DNA of 64,000 nt from Octopus vulgaris (taxonomy: Eukaryota), in NCBI GenBank assembly GCA_951406725.2, contig OX597819.1, positions 127,286,001-127,350,000 of the forward strand. Reading direction: 5' to 3'. A program made the translations under genes and the position numbers. Below, piece by piece: positions 12,090 to 25,269 of this stretch. The first letter of the stretch is position 1, and each line of letters starts with the position of its first letter. The notes under the pieces were generated by a model, which saw only the letters and a program-made list of their open reading frames with translations, did no database searches and was not told the origin of the DNA.

Positions 12090-12730
12090 GTACTAGACAG
12101 TATGGATGTGTTGTCGCTATATCCATCCATTGATGTTGATTTTTCTGTAGAGAAATGCATGGAGGTGATCAGCGGGAGTGAAGAGGAGTTTCGATGTGTT
12201 GACATAGAGCAACTGTTCTTCCTCCTTAGCAGTCTAAGTGTACCTAGACAATCACAATTTTAGCTGTTTCTGTCCCAGGAGACCAGCAAGAAGTAGACCT
12301 ACTATCACCTCGATGGCCTAGAAGATACCTATAGAAATATGGGACGGGTGGACCAGAGCCATATGGAACTCTGAAAACCGTCATCATGTGAAAAAAATGG
12401 TAGCACATGCGATAGGTGATTCACATTTTAAAATCCAATGATAAAATATACGTTCAAGAAGAGGATGCGGCCATCGTTTTCAGTATTGCTGGCAATGTAA
12501 CTAAACTCTTTATGATATGGTGGTATAGTAAACTCAAAGAACGCCCTAACAGAGAGATCTATATCCCTAAACATGTACTCTCGCTATATGGATAACATCA
12601 ACAAAGTAGCAAAAACATCTCAAGACAATATCTATGAACTAGAAGCTAACACCGTGGAGAGTATCCGGCAAATAGCTAACTCCATCCACAAAAGTATTAG
12701 GTTAACTGCAGATTACCCTAGTAAGTACCA
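12090..12730 (+). pseudogene. Decayed Penelope-like reverse transcriptase fragment
   Basis: Translated blocks SMDVLSLYPSID (about 12100), NDKIYVQEEDAAIVFSIAGNVTKLFMIWW (about 12437-12523) and MYSRYMDNIN (12573) are in the order of RT motifs A, B and YxDD, PLE-like; disrupted reading frames. Confidence 0.7.
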
Positions 12731-12751
12731 CACACACACAAGACACATATA

Positions 12752-13349
12752 TATTTCTTTACTACCCACAAGGGGCTAAACATAGAGGGGATAAACAAAA
12801 CAGACAAAGGGATTAAGTCGATTATATCGACCCAAGTGCATAACTGGTACTTTATTTATCGATCCCGAAAGGATGAAAGATAAAGTCGACCTCGGCAGAA
12901 TTTGAACTCAGAATGTAACGACAGACGAAATACCTATTTCTTTACTACCTACAAAGGGCTAAACACAGAGAGGACAAACAAGGACAGACAAACGGATTAA
13001 GTCGATTATATCGACCCCAGTGCGTAACTGGTACTTATTTAATCGACCCCGAAAGGATGAAAGGCAAAATCAACCTCGGCGGAATTTGAACTCAGAACGT
13101 AACGAGAGACGAAATACCTATTTCTTTACTACCCATAAGGAGCTAAATACAGAGAGGACAAATAAGAACAAACAAACGGATTAAGCCGATTATATCGACC
13201 CCAGTGCGTAACTGGTACTTATTTAATCGACCCCGAAAGGATGAAAGGCAAAGTCGACCTCGGCGGAATTTGAACTCAGAACGTAGCGGCAGACGAAATA
13301 CTGCTAAGCATTTCGCCTGGCGTGCAAACATTTCTGCCAGCTCGCCGCC
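12752..13349 (-). mobile_element. SINE family A trimer (one full plus two truncated units)
   Basis: Junctions at 12934/12935 and 13118/13119; single TSD ACACAAGACACATATA. Confidence 0.9.
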
Positions 13350-13787
13350 TTTACACAAGACACATATACACATACCAAGCACAAAGACAGCCACAGAGGC
13401 ACCGACGTAAACGCATGCGCAGATAGAGATACATAGCAGAGAAAGAAAAAATGGAATAGAGAGGACGAGACGAGAGTGAAGAGGAGATAAAATGAACAGA
13501 AAGGTATTGAAGACGACGGAGGTACTCTGACAAATAAACTGCTGCTACTAATAATAAAGCTAAAATGAAGATCCGATAAGTAGAGCGTGTGTTTATCGAC
13601 GAAAATGGCCTAATCAAAGATGACAATATGAGCCTCCTGAGCACAATATAAATATCATTTAATCAGGATTGCCGTAGTCCGATGAGTAGCCTGCGGTTTA
13701 CACCTCGCTTGGATATTTATAACTTCCGAGGTTCCGCTCTCTATGAAACATATGTAGCCCGGATTTTATCTACTCCATTCCTTAACT

Positions 13788-13827
<40 letters not shown>

Positions 13828-13829
<2 letters not shown>

Positions 13830-14223
13830 CGTAGGAGCGGCTGTGTGGTAAGTAACTTGCTTACCAACAACATGGTTCCGGGTTCAGTCCTACTGTGTGG
13901 CACCATGGCCAAATGATTTCCACTATAGCCTCGAGCAGACTAAAGCCTTGAGAGTGGATTTGGTAGACGGAAACTGAAAGAAGCTCGTCGTATATATGTA
14001 TATATATATATTTATATATATATGTATACGTGTGTGTATATGTTTGTGTGTCTGTGTTTGTCCACCAACATCGCTTGACAACCGATACTGGAGTGTTTAT
14101 GTCTCCGTAAGCTAGCGGTTCGGCCTAAGAGACTGATAGAATAAGTAGCAGGCTTACAAAGAATAAGTCCTGGGGCTAATTTGGTCCAGCATGGCTACAG
14201 TCAAATGACTGAAATAAGTAAAG
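13828..14223 (+). mobile_element. tRNA-derived SINE family B (CORE-like, internal TA/TG microsatellite)
   Basis: Diverged head GGCGTAGGAGCGGCTGTGTGGTAAG..GGTTCAGTCC; tail CAGCATGGCTACAGTCAAATGACTGAAATAAGTAAA; many copies in window. Confidence 0.85.
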
Positions 14224-14311
14224 GACAGAATATATAATATTTAAACAAACACGCACACTAACATAAACATACTAAATAATACATGCATATATGCATTCGT
14301 GTGTGTTTGTG

Positions 14312-14388
<77 letters not shown>

Positions 14389-14419
14389 TTATGTATGTAT
14401 ATATATATATATATATATA

Positions 14420-14636
14420 AATAATAATAAATATTAGGGAATGAATCCAAAATTCCAGGGAAAAATCACTTCAAAATTTGATACTGATTAGAAGATCGAA
14501 AATCCACCTGAAGATTGTCGGTAGCAGACATGAAACATTTGTAGTGGCGGTTTATTTAATTTATATTAAAATTTTATGTATTGATTAAGTCTTTCCTTGT
14601 TTGGTTTTAAAATAGTGGTTTTGTCTCGAATTATAT

Positions 14637-14640
<4 letters not shown>
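14420..14640 (+). mobile_element. Penelope-pLTR-like short element between (TA)n tracts
   Basis: Bounded by (TA)n on both sides; contains an HHR; ends resemble the reverse complement of 45085-45240. Confidence 0.65.
14504..14547 (+). ncRNA. Minimal type-I hammerhead ribozyme, canonical core
   Basis: CCAC-CTGAAGA-T-TGTC(ggtagca)GACA-T-GAAAC-ATTT-GTA-GTGG; stem I CCAC/GTGG, cleavage triplet GUA. Confidence 0.75.
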
Positions 14641-14690
<50 letters not shown>

Positions 14691-14694
<4 letters not shown>

Positions 14695-14870
14695 AGAGTT
14701 TACGAAAAAAGCAAAAGACGAAGACATGTGGTGTACAAAACAAACCAAACATGTATTAGTATAACGCTCAGGAATAGAAAAAAAGTCTTTTACGTTTCGA
14801 GCCTACGCTCTTCTACAGAAAGGAACACAGAAAAAACAAGGAGAGAAAAAATGTGTGTAGTGGCTTACGA
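14691..14870 (-). mobile_element. Short (TA)n-embedded pLTR-like repeat with HHR-like motif at 14785-14826
   Basis: Second copy at 42533-42720 in opposite orientation; CTTT-CTGTAGA-A-GAGC(gtag)GCTC-GAAACGTA-AAAG. Confidence 0.65.
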
Positions 14871-15224
14871 TATATATATATATATATAGTATAGTATAGT
14901 ATAATATAGTATAGTATAGTATAGTATAGTATGTATGCACACAGATACATATATATATCGCGCTAAAATGCCGTAGTTTTCTTTCCAGACAAACAGAAAG
15001 CAATCTGCCTGCAGAACAAAATCAACGAAATACCTGTAGCACGGTTTGAACCAAAGAACTATATATACGATCATTTCTGTTTACACACTTTAATCACTCA
15101 GCCATTACAATATACGAGACAAGTCTACATTTTGATCAATGGATTCTTGTATGGTAGACACATAACATACTACACACACACACACATATGCATATATACA
15201 CACATCCATAAATACATACACACA

Positions 15225-15265
<41 letters not shown>

Positions 15266-15296
15266 ACGCATATACATATGTATATATATGTATGTT

Positions 15297-15350
<54 letters not shown>

Positions 15351-16101
15351 GTATATATATATGAAGTGTTTTTTTTTCTGCGGTATATATTTTATTGTAT
15401 TGCAGTATAAAACTCCAGGAATAGTTGGTTGTTTTATAGTCATGCTAAACGAAGTGGAGGACCCCTGCTGTAGGGTCTGTATATTATACCGTCATTATAA
15501 CTTTACACTAGAGTAGACAATCACAGGCAACGATTAAGTCCGGGAAAGAAAAAAAAAGGAGAAAAATATGTGTACAAAATATACAGAACCACAATAAAAC
15601 ACAAGCGGCCTAGCCTAAATACGTGCGTGTGTATTGCGTGTATATACGCAACATGTATACGCGTTTTCGTCTGTGTATGTCGGATGTGTGTATATGGCTT
15701 TATATATGTGTGTGTGTGTGTGTTTGTGTGTGTATGTGTGCGTGTGTGCATGAGTGTGTGTGTTTGTGTGTGTGTGTGTGCGTTTGAGAGAGAGTGTGAA
15801 TGTGTGAATATGTATGAATATATGTACTTATGTATATAGCTATATATACTTATACCTACGCATACATGCATACACACACGCACACACACACACACACACA
15901 CACATACATATATACATACATTGCAATTTTGGGAATAATTTGCTTCCTTCTTTATTCATTCATTGTAGTTGGGTTAGCATTTCTGTAATAACTTTACCGT
16001 CGGATTCGTTTCGTCCACAATATTAATTTATTTCCCGATCATTTCAACACACACACACACAAACACTCTCACGAAAAGATGTATTTTTCCTGCTTCTATT
16101 T

Positions 16102-16149
<48 letters not shown>

Positions 16150-16267
16150 ACGTGCGTATAACGACCTACCTACATGAATATACACCATAAGTACCTACCC
16201 GCCTAAAAACCTATCTACCTAGACACACACTCACATACACACACACGCACATTTATGTATTTATGTG

Positions 16268-16321
<54 letters not shown>

Positions 16322-18039
16322 CATATGTATATATATGTATATTTATATATACATGTATGTGTATACATACATGCATATATATGTATTTGTGTGTATATAT
16401 ATATATATATACACATATATCAATATGTATATATATATATATTTACATATATATACATATGCATATACATATATATATTATTTATATGTATGCACACGAA
16501 CATATATATGTATCGATGAATGTATGTATATATGCATGTGTGTATGTATTTATGTATAGCAATTTTGGCTTGGGTTAGGCATATTATTGATATTTATTTA
16601 ATTGTTTTAATAATTCATTTTTAATACATATCTTTCTCTCTCATGATTCCGACAGTCGTGTTTAGCGTTTCTCTTTCTGAATCTAAGTCACGGCGCTCCT
16701 GGCTGTGCAGTGAAGGCTCTGCATCAGTGAATACATATGTTGATGGAAACACTATTGCCGTCGCGACAATGCAACGATGGTGATATGAAAGACTTTGAAC
16801 ACTCATTGAGGCAGCTTGACGTCAGGGAGGTATTTTTCAATGCATTCACGATCTGTTGCACAACGAACAGAGATGATAATGACGTTGATGAAGAGACAAC
16901 CTCTGGAAAAGACGGGGAAGGCATGGGGAAACAAAAACGACGTTGAAATAGATGTGGTGTTAGTAGAGATACTGCTATTCTTGTTAGCAGTGGTGTTGAT
17001 GCTGGTGACGTTAATAATGATGTAAATTGTACATATGGACTATTTATTTTCATGCCACACAGACCCCAGAGACGACGACGATGACAAACATCTCCACAGA
17101 TACGAGAAACACAGAGAAAGCTCTCTCACGTGTTGGGATCTCGTTTTGTCAAATGATACTTTTATAAGTCTAACTTGTATAGTTGAGCTTCTTTATAAAG
17201 TTAATCTGAATATCGTTCAAGCTTGTAACTAAATATAGTCCTAAATTTTGTTGGTGAATTCACTTGTGAAGATGATGGTCTTAATATTGTTTATTATTGT
17301 AACCATATAGAGCGTACAAGTTTCTTCAGTTGGCACAGATAGCCTTGCAAAAGTAAAATATATCGTAGGAGAGAGGTGGGGATCTCCTGATTGCCCTCAT
17401 GCTGCCTGGAGACAGAATCAGGAGAAAGGAACATATATTTACGAGGTGGGGATATTTAGTGGAATTTATCGACTAATCATGGACTGTGTCGGCAGTACAG
17501 ATAATTTCTTGAATAAAAATGAAGAAAACGTTGTTGATGATGATAAAGTTGTTGTCTATTATTCTGTTGGCATGGCAATTGTTGTTTACCGTTAGTGAGT
17601 TGCCATCAAGCACGCCTTTGGTCAATGACGTTCAAACCATGACGATTCCACCTTATTTGCAGACAATGAACCCAGGATACTTTAATCCAATATCACTTTC
17701 CTGGATTAGTGTATTGGTGTGTTTGCGTGAGAGGAAATTCGTTACTATTTCTTACAGGTCGAGTTTAACTCGACTTTTTGTAAGAAATGTAAGTCGATAT
17801 ATCATGAGATGAAGAAATGTAAGTCGATATAATATGAGATGAATAGAAGGCTATCATTAACCGACACATCGTACTGATTATCTTCATTAAAAGTAACTAG
17901 ACAGAGTTCAAGTAATGGTCTTTAGTGCTTACTTTGATAGGGATGCTGGGAAAGAATGAATAATTAAATCACATAGGCAGCATACGATGATCCTCATCTT
18001 CCGTAAATCATACCAACCAGAATATATAAAAAGAAGTAA

Positions 18040-18415
18040 TCTCTCTATATATAAACTGCAAAATGTCTGTCTGTGTGTATGCGTGCGTGTCCTTTATACA
18101 AATCCACAATTTTTCAGTTAGAGGGCTCGCACTTTCTATGGTCATTCAAAACCGTCCAAGGGTGGTCGTGCACATCTTTACATTTCCCCAGTCACGCTGC
18201 AAAGCCATTAAAAAATCAATAGAAGTGACATTTTTGTGAATTTTCTATCCAAAACCCAATTAAAATGCCCGAAACTTGATACGCCAATTGAATGCCAGCT
18301 AGCTGTATGTGATTGGTCGGAGATTTGGACAGTACTCGCGGGTATGTGCGCACGCACGCAGCTGCATATGCATGCACTAGGGCTATGACCCGGCAACGCC
18401 AAGTCATAGTACTAG
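18040..18415 (+). mobile_element. Non-autonomous Helitron
   Basis: A|TCTCTCTATATATAAA start; 3' hairpin TATGACCCGGC-aac-GCCAAGTCATA, CTAG|T; second copy at 38725-39083. Confidence 0.9.
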
Positions 18416-18540
18416 TTCTTAGATAAAATAGTTTTATATAAACTATGTTTGAGAAAAAATAGGATGACCTTGGTTTCTTGTCATACGTATGCTCAATCAG
18501 TGGTAACCTCAAATACAACATCAACTAATCTACATTAGTA

Positions 18541-19658
18541 TTAGCTGAATTACTCGGTAATACCCGGAAAGCGGGTGTTATATCCAGTTTCCGTTCCCAT
18601 TACAACGTTACATGTCCTATCCCACTACCTGCTCAGTTCACATTTAAATTACAAATAGATTTAGAAATACACGTGACGTGGGATGTATTTACAAATACTG
18701 GCAAGTAATACAGTTGAATCATAAAATTGATTGATTGTATTGGTAAAGTAATATCAAAGTGGAATTGGTGGATGGTTGGAAGGATGAGAGGATTGACGAT
18801 GTGCGAGTATGAAACAATTGATTGATGGTTGAATATTATCAATTTTGCAGAGCCTCTTCATATACTAAATTTTGGGTTTTGCCCTCTGGAACATAAATAA
18901 ACAAATGATTTGGATTGCCGGCTCTTGAGCATCCTGCATACAGTTGTCCATAAGAAAAAGCAAGTTCAGAGGCTTATCTGTCGGGGATGGCATGGTCTGA
19001 CATGGAATAAACAGAAATTTATATAAAATAATTCAATTGTAAAACTTGCCCGACAACGACGGGCTATTCATCTATGGAAGAAAATGAGAGACATTATCTA
19101 TTGTTTTATTGTGTCAGTACGTTGGTAAAGTTTTGATAAATCTTAATACGGTGATTTGAAAACAAATATAAAAAATACTTTACCTTCTACTTGTTAGTTT
19201 CATTTGTTAATTAGTTGTTGGTAATGTAAAAGTTTTGACTGAGCATACGATAGTTAATTCATTAAAATGCATGCGTTAACTGATAAATAAAAATTCAGTA
19301 AACACACTCTCTCTCTTCCCTGCTCTGACCTTGTCTCTCTCTGTCTCTCTGTCTCTTGCTGTCTCCTCCCCCTCCTTGATACCAGCCACCCTCGTTATGC
19401 CACCGCATTTCCCTGTTTCTTTATTAGCCTCAAGGGCCCAAAATACTACCACATTTCCCTCAACCTTACACTTTTGCATCCTTCTCATTTTATCATATAA
19501 TAGCCAAACCCCGGTAGGGGACTCATTACTGATTTTTATTGAAAACCACTTGAACTGGATGTTAGTTTAACATGTATGCAAACTTTCGTGAAGATTGTTC
19601 GCTGGTTTAGGCAGTAAGATGGTAACAGACAAACAAATTGCCCTTTATATATAAGATT
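18541..19658 (-). mobile_element. Decayed Helitron-derived region
   Basis: 5' TCTTATATATAAAGGGCAATTTGTTTGTCTG on - strand near 19658; helicase C-terminus inside; degenerate terminal hairpin near 18541-18580. Confidence 0.5.
18839..18961 (-). pseudogene. C-terminus of a Helitron PIF1-type helicase (RepHel remnant)
   Basis: Translates to AFSYGQLYAGCSRAGNPNHLFIYVPEGKTQNLVYEEALQN*, matching the FSHGQLYVACSRV...TxNxVYxExL end of Helitron helicases. Confidence 0.85.
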
Positions 19659-20271
19659 AAGAAATTAAACACTCTCCAAACACCAACTCATGCATACAAC
19701 TATTATACCTAATCGCCATTGTATTCTATATCTCATTAATTTTAAGTTCCCAGTTATCACCCTTATTTGTCTTGAAGTAGTTACTGAGTTGCTTTTTTTC
19801 CCAACTTTAAGAATGTAATTTCAGTCAACTAAAATTACATGTCTCACTATACCAAGCATTCTAGCAGCCATTTTGCAATTAACTGTACTGCGTGGGCACC
19901 CTATATCGAAGGAATTTGCTTAATAAATGTATTTCTTATAACTAAATGGAATACAACTCAGCTAGTGTATAGAATTTACATAGAATATGTATATTAATGA
20001 CATATCCGGTTTTCTTTTTCCTCCATGTTACAGGATGTTTGAAGTGTAAAATGGATTCTGACATAAATGGCACTCCAAATTAGAACAAAGAAATTTAGCT
20101 CAAATAACACTGAACTATATATTTTTTAAAACTTAGGATGTAGTACACTGGATAATGTAGCCATAGATACTCTGTTTCAATAAGACAGGTTGATAAAAAA
20201 TGGAGGACTGCTCGATCATTGGTATTAATAAAAACATATTAAGTAAAAGATTCTGTCTAGATTGAGTAGTT

Positions 20272-20573
20272 GTTTGTTCCATCTTGAGCCATGTCTGGCT
20301 CATAAGGGCCGCTTTCCCGGTTTCTTAGCGTATAGGTTCCCCACCTGGACGGGACGCCGGTCCAACGCAGGTGAGCTGCAAGGTGCAGGAGGAAAGAGTG
20401 AGAGAAAGTTGTGGCGAAAGAGTCAGCAGACGTTTCGCCATTACCTTCTGCCGGAGCCGCGTGGAGCTTAGGTGTTTCGCTCATAAACACACACATCGTC
20501 CGGTTTGAGATTCGAACCCGCGATCCCTCGACCGCGAGTCCGCTGCTCTAACCACTAGGTCATGTGCCTCCAC
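20272..20573 (-). mobile_element. tRNA-derived SINE family C with V-domain-like tail
   Basis: Head GGAGGCACATGACCTAGTGGTTAGAGCAGCGGACTCGCGG..GGTTCGAATC; segment CCTGCGTTGGACCGGCGTCCCGTCCAGG; TSD AGATTGAGTAGTT. Confidence 0.85.
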
Positions 20574-20805
20574 CAGATTGAGTAGTTAGCGGGAACTGGA
20601 TTGGACGACAGGGTATTGACGCTTTGGAGCAGCTATTTTGGTGATGGGCAATTTGGCACTGATGGCAGACAAACACACACTCACATACACACACACATTC
20701 ACACACACGCACACACACATACCCAGACAGAGAAACAAACACATACGTAACGCGCACTCAGATTGACACATAGACAAATATTAAACTGAATGGAAATTGT
20801 AATGA

Positions 20806-21516
20806 AATATTAATGACCAGAAGGGCCGCGGTATTCCGTTATGCAACCACGATATACTATAAAATATATTAAGCGTTTTTATAAGTCAATACCATGTTCT
20901 ACTGTGTTAGCAGTGCGATTCACATCAGTTGTTCAGGTTATCTCTTCAGATGTTCCATAGAAATTATAACCAGCACTGGATTTTGTAACGACGTTTCGGA
21001 AATGAAGCGTCAGATGTAAACAAACAATGGGATCGAAGATGAAAAAAGGTTAATGAGGATATATACTTTACTTCGGGTGTTTTTTTCCTTCATCAGCACC
21101 AATCTAACCCCTTAATCACCCAAGAAAACATTGCTTGGATAGCCACTAGATACAGCAGTGTAACATTATTGGATACACCAACTTTACACATTAAACACAT
21201 TCCTGGAAGCTGGCACATAAATACTAAAGACTTGCAGGTATGCGGTACTTCGTTATGTTGCCATAATATAATATAAAGTATATTAAACGTATTCTTCGAT
21301 TTCATTGTTTGTTTACGTCTGACGTTTCAGATACGAAACTTCGGAACAGAAATCACTGCTAGCTATAATTTCTGTAGAGATAACTTTAGCAAGTGATGCA
21401 AAGTGCTCTGCCTATCACAATAGGACAAAGTACTGACTTACAAAAATGTTTACTATACTTTATAATATATTATGGTTGTATAAAGAAATACCGCGTCCCT
21501 ACCAGTCATTAATATT
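20806..21516. mobile_element. Fold-back MITE with long diverged TIRs
   Basis: AATATTAATGAC..CGCGGTATT..GTCAGATGTAAACAAACAATG (20806-21040) mirrored by 21292-21516. Confidence 0.7.
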
Positions 21517-21780
21517 AGTAGATGTTTCCAGTTCTTCTTGTATTTTAAAAATGTTTGGGAAAATGAATTAGTCTAATTAGTGACTGAATTAACATTAATA
21601 AGATAGTGTTCAGCAACATAAAAAAGCGCAATGTCTCTAACACCGGGTATATATTCCAACGGAATGTTTCATGTACGTCTAAGTAAAAAATTCACTTGTT
21701 TGTATTTTATGTTTTGCATTCAGTTTATTTGATTTCTTTTGTATTTTTTTACATCTTGTTGCTCGTGGTTTTGTGTGGAT

Positions 21781-22183
21781 ACTCTCTTTACTCTTTTACT
21801 CTTTTACTTGTTTCAGTCAGTTGACTGCGGCCATGCTGGAGCACCGCCTTTAGTCGAGCAACTCGACCCCGGGACTTATTCTTTTGTAAGCCCAGTACTT
21901 ATTCTATCGGTGTCTTTTGCCGAACCGCTAAGTGACGGGGACGTAAACACACCAGCATCGGTTGTCAAACAATGCTAGGAGGACAAACACAGACACACAC
22001 ACACACACACATATATATACATATATACGACGGGATTCTTTCAGTTTCCGTCTACCAAATCCACTCACAATGCTTTGGTAGGCCCGAGGCTATAGTAGAA
22101 GACACTTGCCCAAGGTGCCACGCAGTGGGACTAAACCCGGAACCATGTGGTTGGTAAGCAAGCTACTTACCACACAGCCACTC
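21781..22183 (-). mobile_element. SINE family B
   Basis: Near full-length consensus match. Confidence 0.9.
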
Positions 22184-23247
22184 ATGAATTTATTTAAATT
22201 ATATCTTTTCTTGTCAGCTTTGCATGTTTGTTTCTTTTCGATTTAATGGCGTGGCATAGATTTTTTTTATGAACCTTTATTGTTTATGAAAATATTATTT
22301 CCTGTCGTAATTCCGTTTCGATGATTTTTATAGTCTAATAATAAATATATAGGAAAACGAATGGAAATACAATTGGGTGGTTGTCAAATGGGCAACATAA
22401 ACCAGGGATAAAAATGTGAAATATGTATTGGATTCTTTTGATTAAGCACAAGGTGCCATATTTTTAAAAGTGGGAAAAAGGTGATATTCATGCCTTTTCC
22501 GAAGGTATGTATTGAATTAGTTTACACGGCGACATAATTGAAGTGAACTTGTTTCCATCCCGGAATTGAAATAAGAACACGTCTATAACTTGGCTCACCA
22601 AGAACCTACCGCAGTTGGAATGGAGCGCATCAATCAAATTCATTGAGAAAAATGTATTAAAACTGCACACAATTCATTCACATAATTCATTCAAATACAT
22701 TTATTTTAATTCATTAAAAGAAAAAATAAATCAAAAATAGTTATTGTATGATAAATATCAAACTACATATAATATTTTAAATTTTTAAAAAAAGAATTAG
22801 AAAATATTTTAAAATAATACGTTTTGAAAATTTGGAACCAAAATTTTGCTACGAGAGGAATATTAAACTAAACGAAATACACAATAAAACAAACAAATTC
22901 TAGGTGTTATTCATTTAAGGAAGATTACAAATCGCAGTTTATGTACGTTTTAATCTCTGTTCTGGAATTACAGAGAAGGCAATAAAGACGCAAAACACAT
23001 TAGGGAAATCAAGTGACGATCCGCTATCATTAAACCTGCATTCGACAACCGCTAACTGATCATACATTAATACAGTATCCCAGTTCTATGACAGCGATTG
23101 AGAGGAGAGGTGGGAGATAGAAAGCAAAATACTTGGTGGACAGCTAAACAGCAGTAAGCTGGGGTGTTTGATTTATTGCCTTGTAACGATCATAATGTCT
23201 CTGGAGATTGCGTGATTTTTCTAGCTCTTCCATCAGCATAATTGATT

Positions 23248-23278
<31 letters not shown>

Positions 23279-23559
23279 CACGCACACGCACTTATGTATA
23301 TATTTCTGTATGTATGAACGAAGGTGTGCATATAGTTGGATAGACAGATACGAAAACAGATGGGTACACACACTGATATAGTATGCATGAATATATAAAT
23401 CCATACTCACCCTATGTGTGATCAGGTATGTAGAGATATGTACGTATATACAAATATACATACATGCATATGATTTTATATTTATGCGTAAATGTTATAC
23501 ATAGACTCACATGTATATATGAATAGATACACGTAACGCATATACATGCATACATCCAT

Positions 23560-24045
<486 letters not shown>

Positions 24046-24599
24046 TAGGGTTTCATATTACGAGACTAAAGAGCTGGAATGATTAATTCTATAGGGCGTT
24101 ACAATTTTTGTAACAAATAGTCGACACCCAATTGAGAGAAATACGATATCCACAACACATATTCATTTGAAATAGCTTCCTTTGATCATAACTTTAACCT
24201 GACTAAGATCAACTATGGCATCAAATCACACAAAGTCTTATAAGAAGAATACTGACAGACGACAGTTGCTGTTGGTCGTAACCATGGGAAGTCCTTTTAC
24301 AGGCCAAAGGCCCCATGGTTTCATAACCTCTCGTCAATACCGAGCTGTGTCCAACGTAAAGATATTTAACACCTCGTTTTCCCGGTCCACTTCGCTATAA
24401 ATCAAAACTAAGGCGTGAGCGGTAACTTTAAACTGTGTATCACTTGGGTAACTATTTAAAGCCGAATGAAATATATTCTATCTACAGTGAGAACATTGTG
24501 CTCCGGGTCTCACTGAGTTTCATTCCCTCGACTGTACTGCATGTTGTTTATTCCTACTATTTCCTGAAATTAATATTGGTTTCAAATGTCTGCAGAATG

Positions 24600-24790
24600 T
24601 CAGCAAGTTCGGGGGAGGAGGTAAGTTGATTACATCGACTCCAGTGTTCAAATTGGTACTTATTTTACCGACCCTGAAAAGATGAAGGGCAAAGTGGACC
24701 TCAGCGGAATTTGAACTCATAATGTTACGACGGACGAAATGCTTAAGTTTTTTTTGCACGGCCTATTAACTATTCTGGCAGCTCGCTGCC
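24600..24790 (-). mobile_element. Older family-A-related SINE with a different 3' tail
   Basis: Diverged head and Meta-like block; related old copies at about 26975-27340 and 50030-50220. Confidence 0.65.
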
Positions 24791-24944
24791 ATATCCTGAT
24801 GTTGATAAGGAGATACTAAAAAAAAATTAATTTAGAAAATTTCAGCTAATTGGTGATACGAAATGTGTGTGTGTGTGTGTGTGCGTGTGCCTGCGTGTGC
24901 GCGCGCGTGAGGATGTATGTATGTATTTTTTTTTTTTTTTTTTT

Positions 24945-25163
24945 TTTGTACTTGTTTCAGTCATTTGACTGCGGCCATGCTGGAGCACCGCCTTTAGAGT
25001 GGTGAAAGATTACAGCAGGGATCACCACCACCCCCTGCCGGAGCCTCGTGGAGCTTTCAGGTGTTTTCGCTCAATAAACACACACAACGCCCGGTCTGGG
25101 AATCGAAACCGCGATCCTCCGACCGCAAGTCCGCTGCCCTAACCACTGGGCCATTGCGCCTCC
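24945..25163 (-). mobile_element. SINE family C head joined to a family B tail fragment
   Basis: Family C head about 24996-25163 abuts family B 3' end about 24945-24996. Confidence 0.7.
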
Positions 25164-25269
25164 TGTATGTATATAAAGATTTTACACGAAGAAGGTTAAC
25201 AATAACTTTGAAGTATGTACTTGCTCGTCTTCATTTGACTGTATGACGAAAGCCAACAAACTACGTACT

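Noticed and set aside
12752-13349. Regularly spaced repeats suggesting CRISPR
   Set aside because: Units are contiguous 184-bp SINE segments with no unique spacers; eukaryotic context and no cas genes
17782-17843. 30-bp tandem duplication
   Set aside because: Two units only; ordinary slippage duplication
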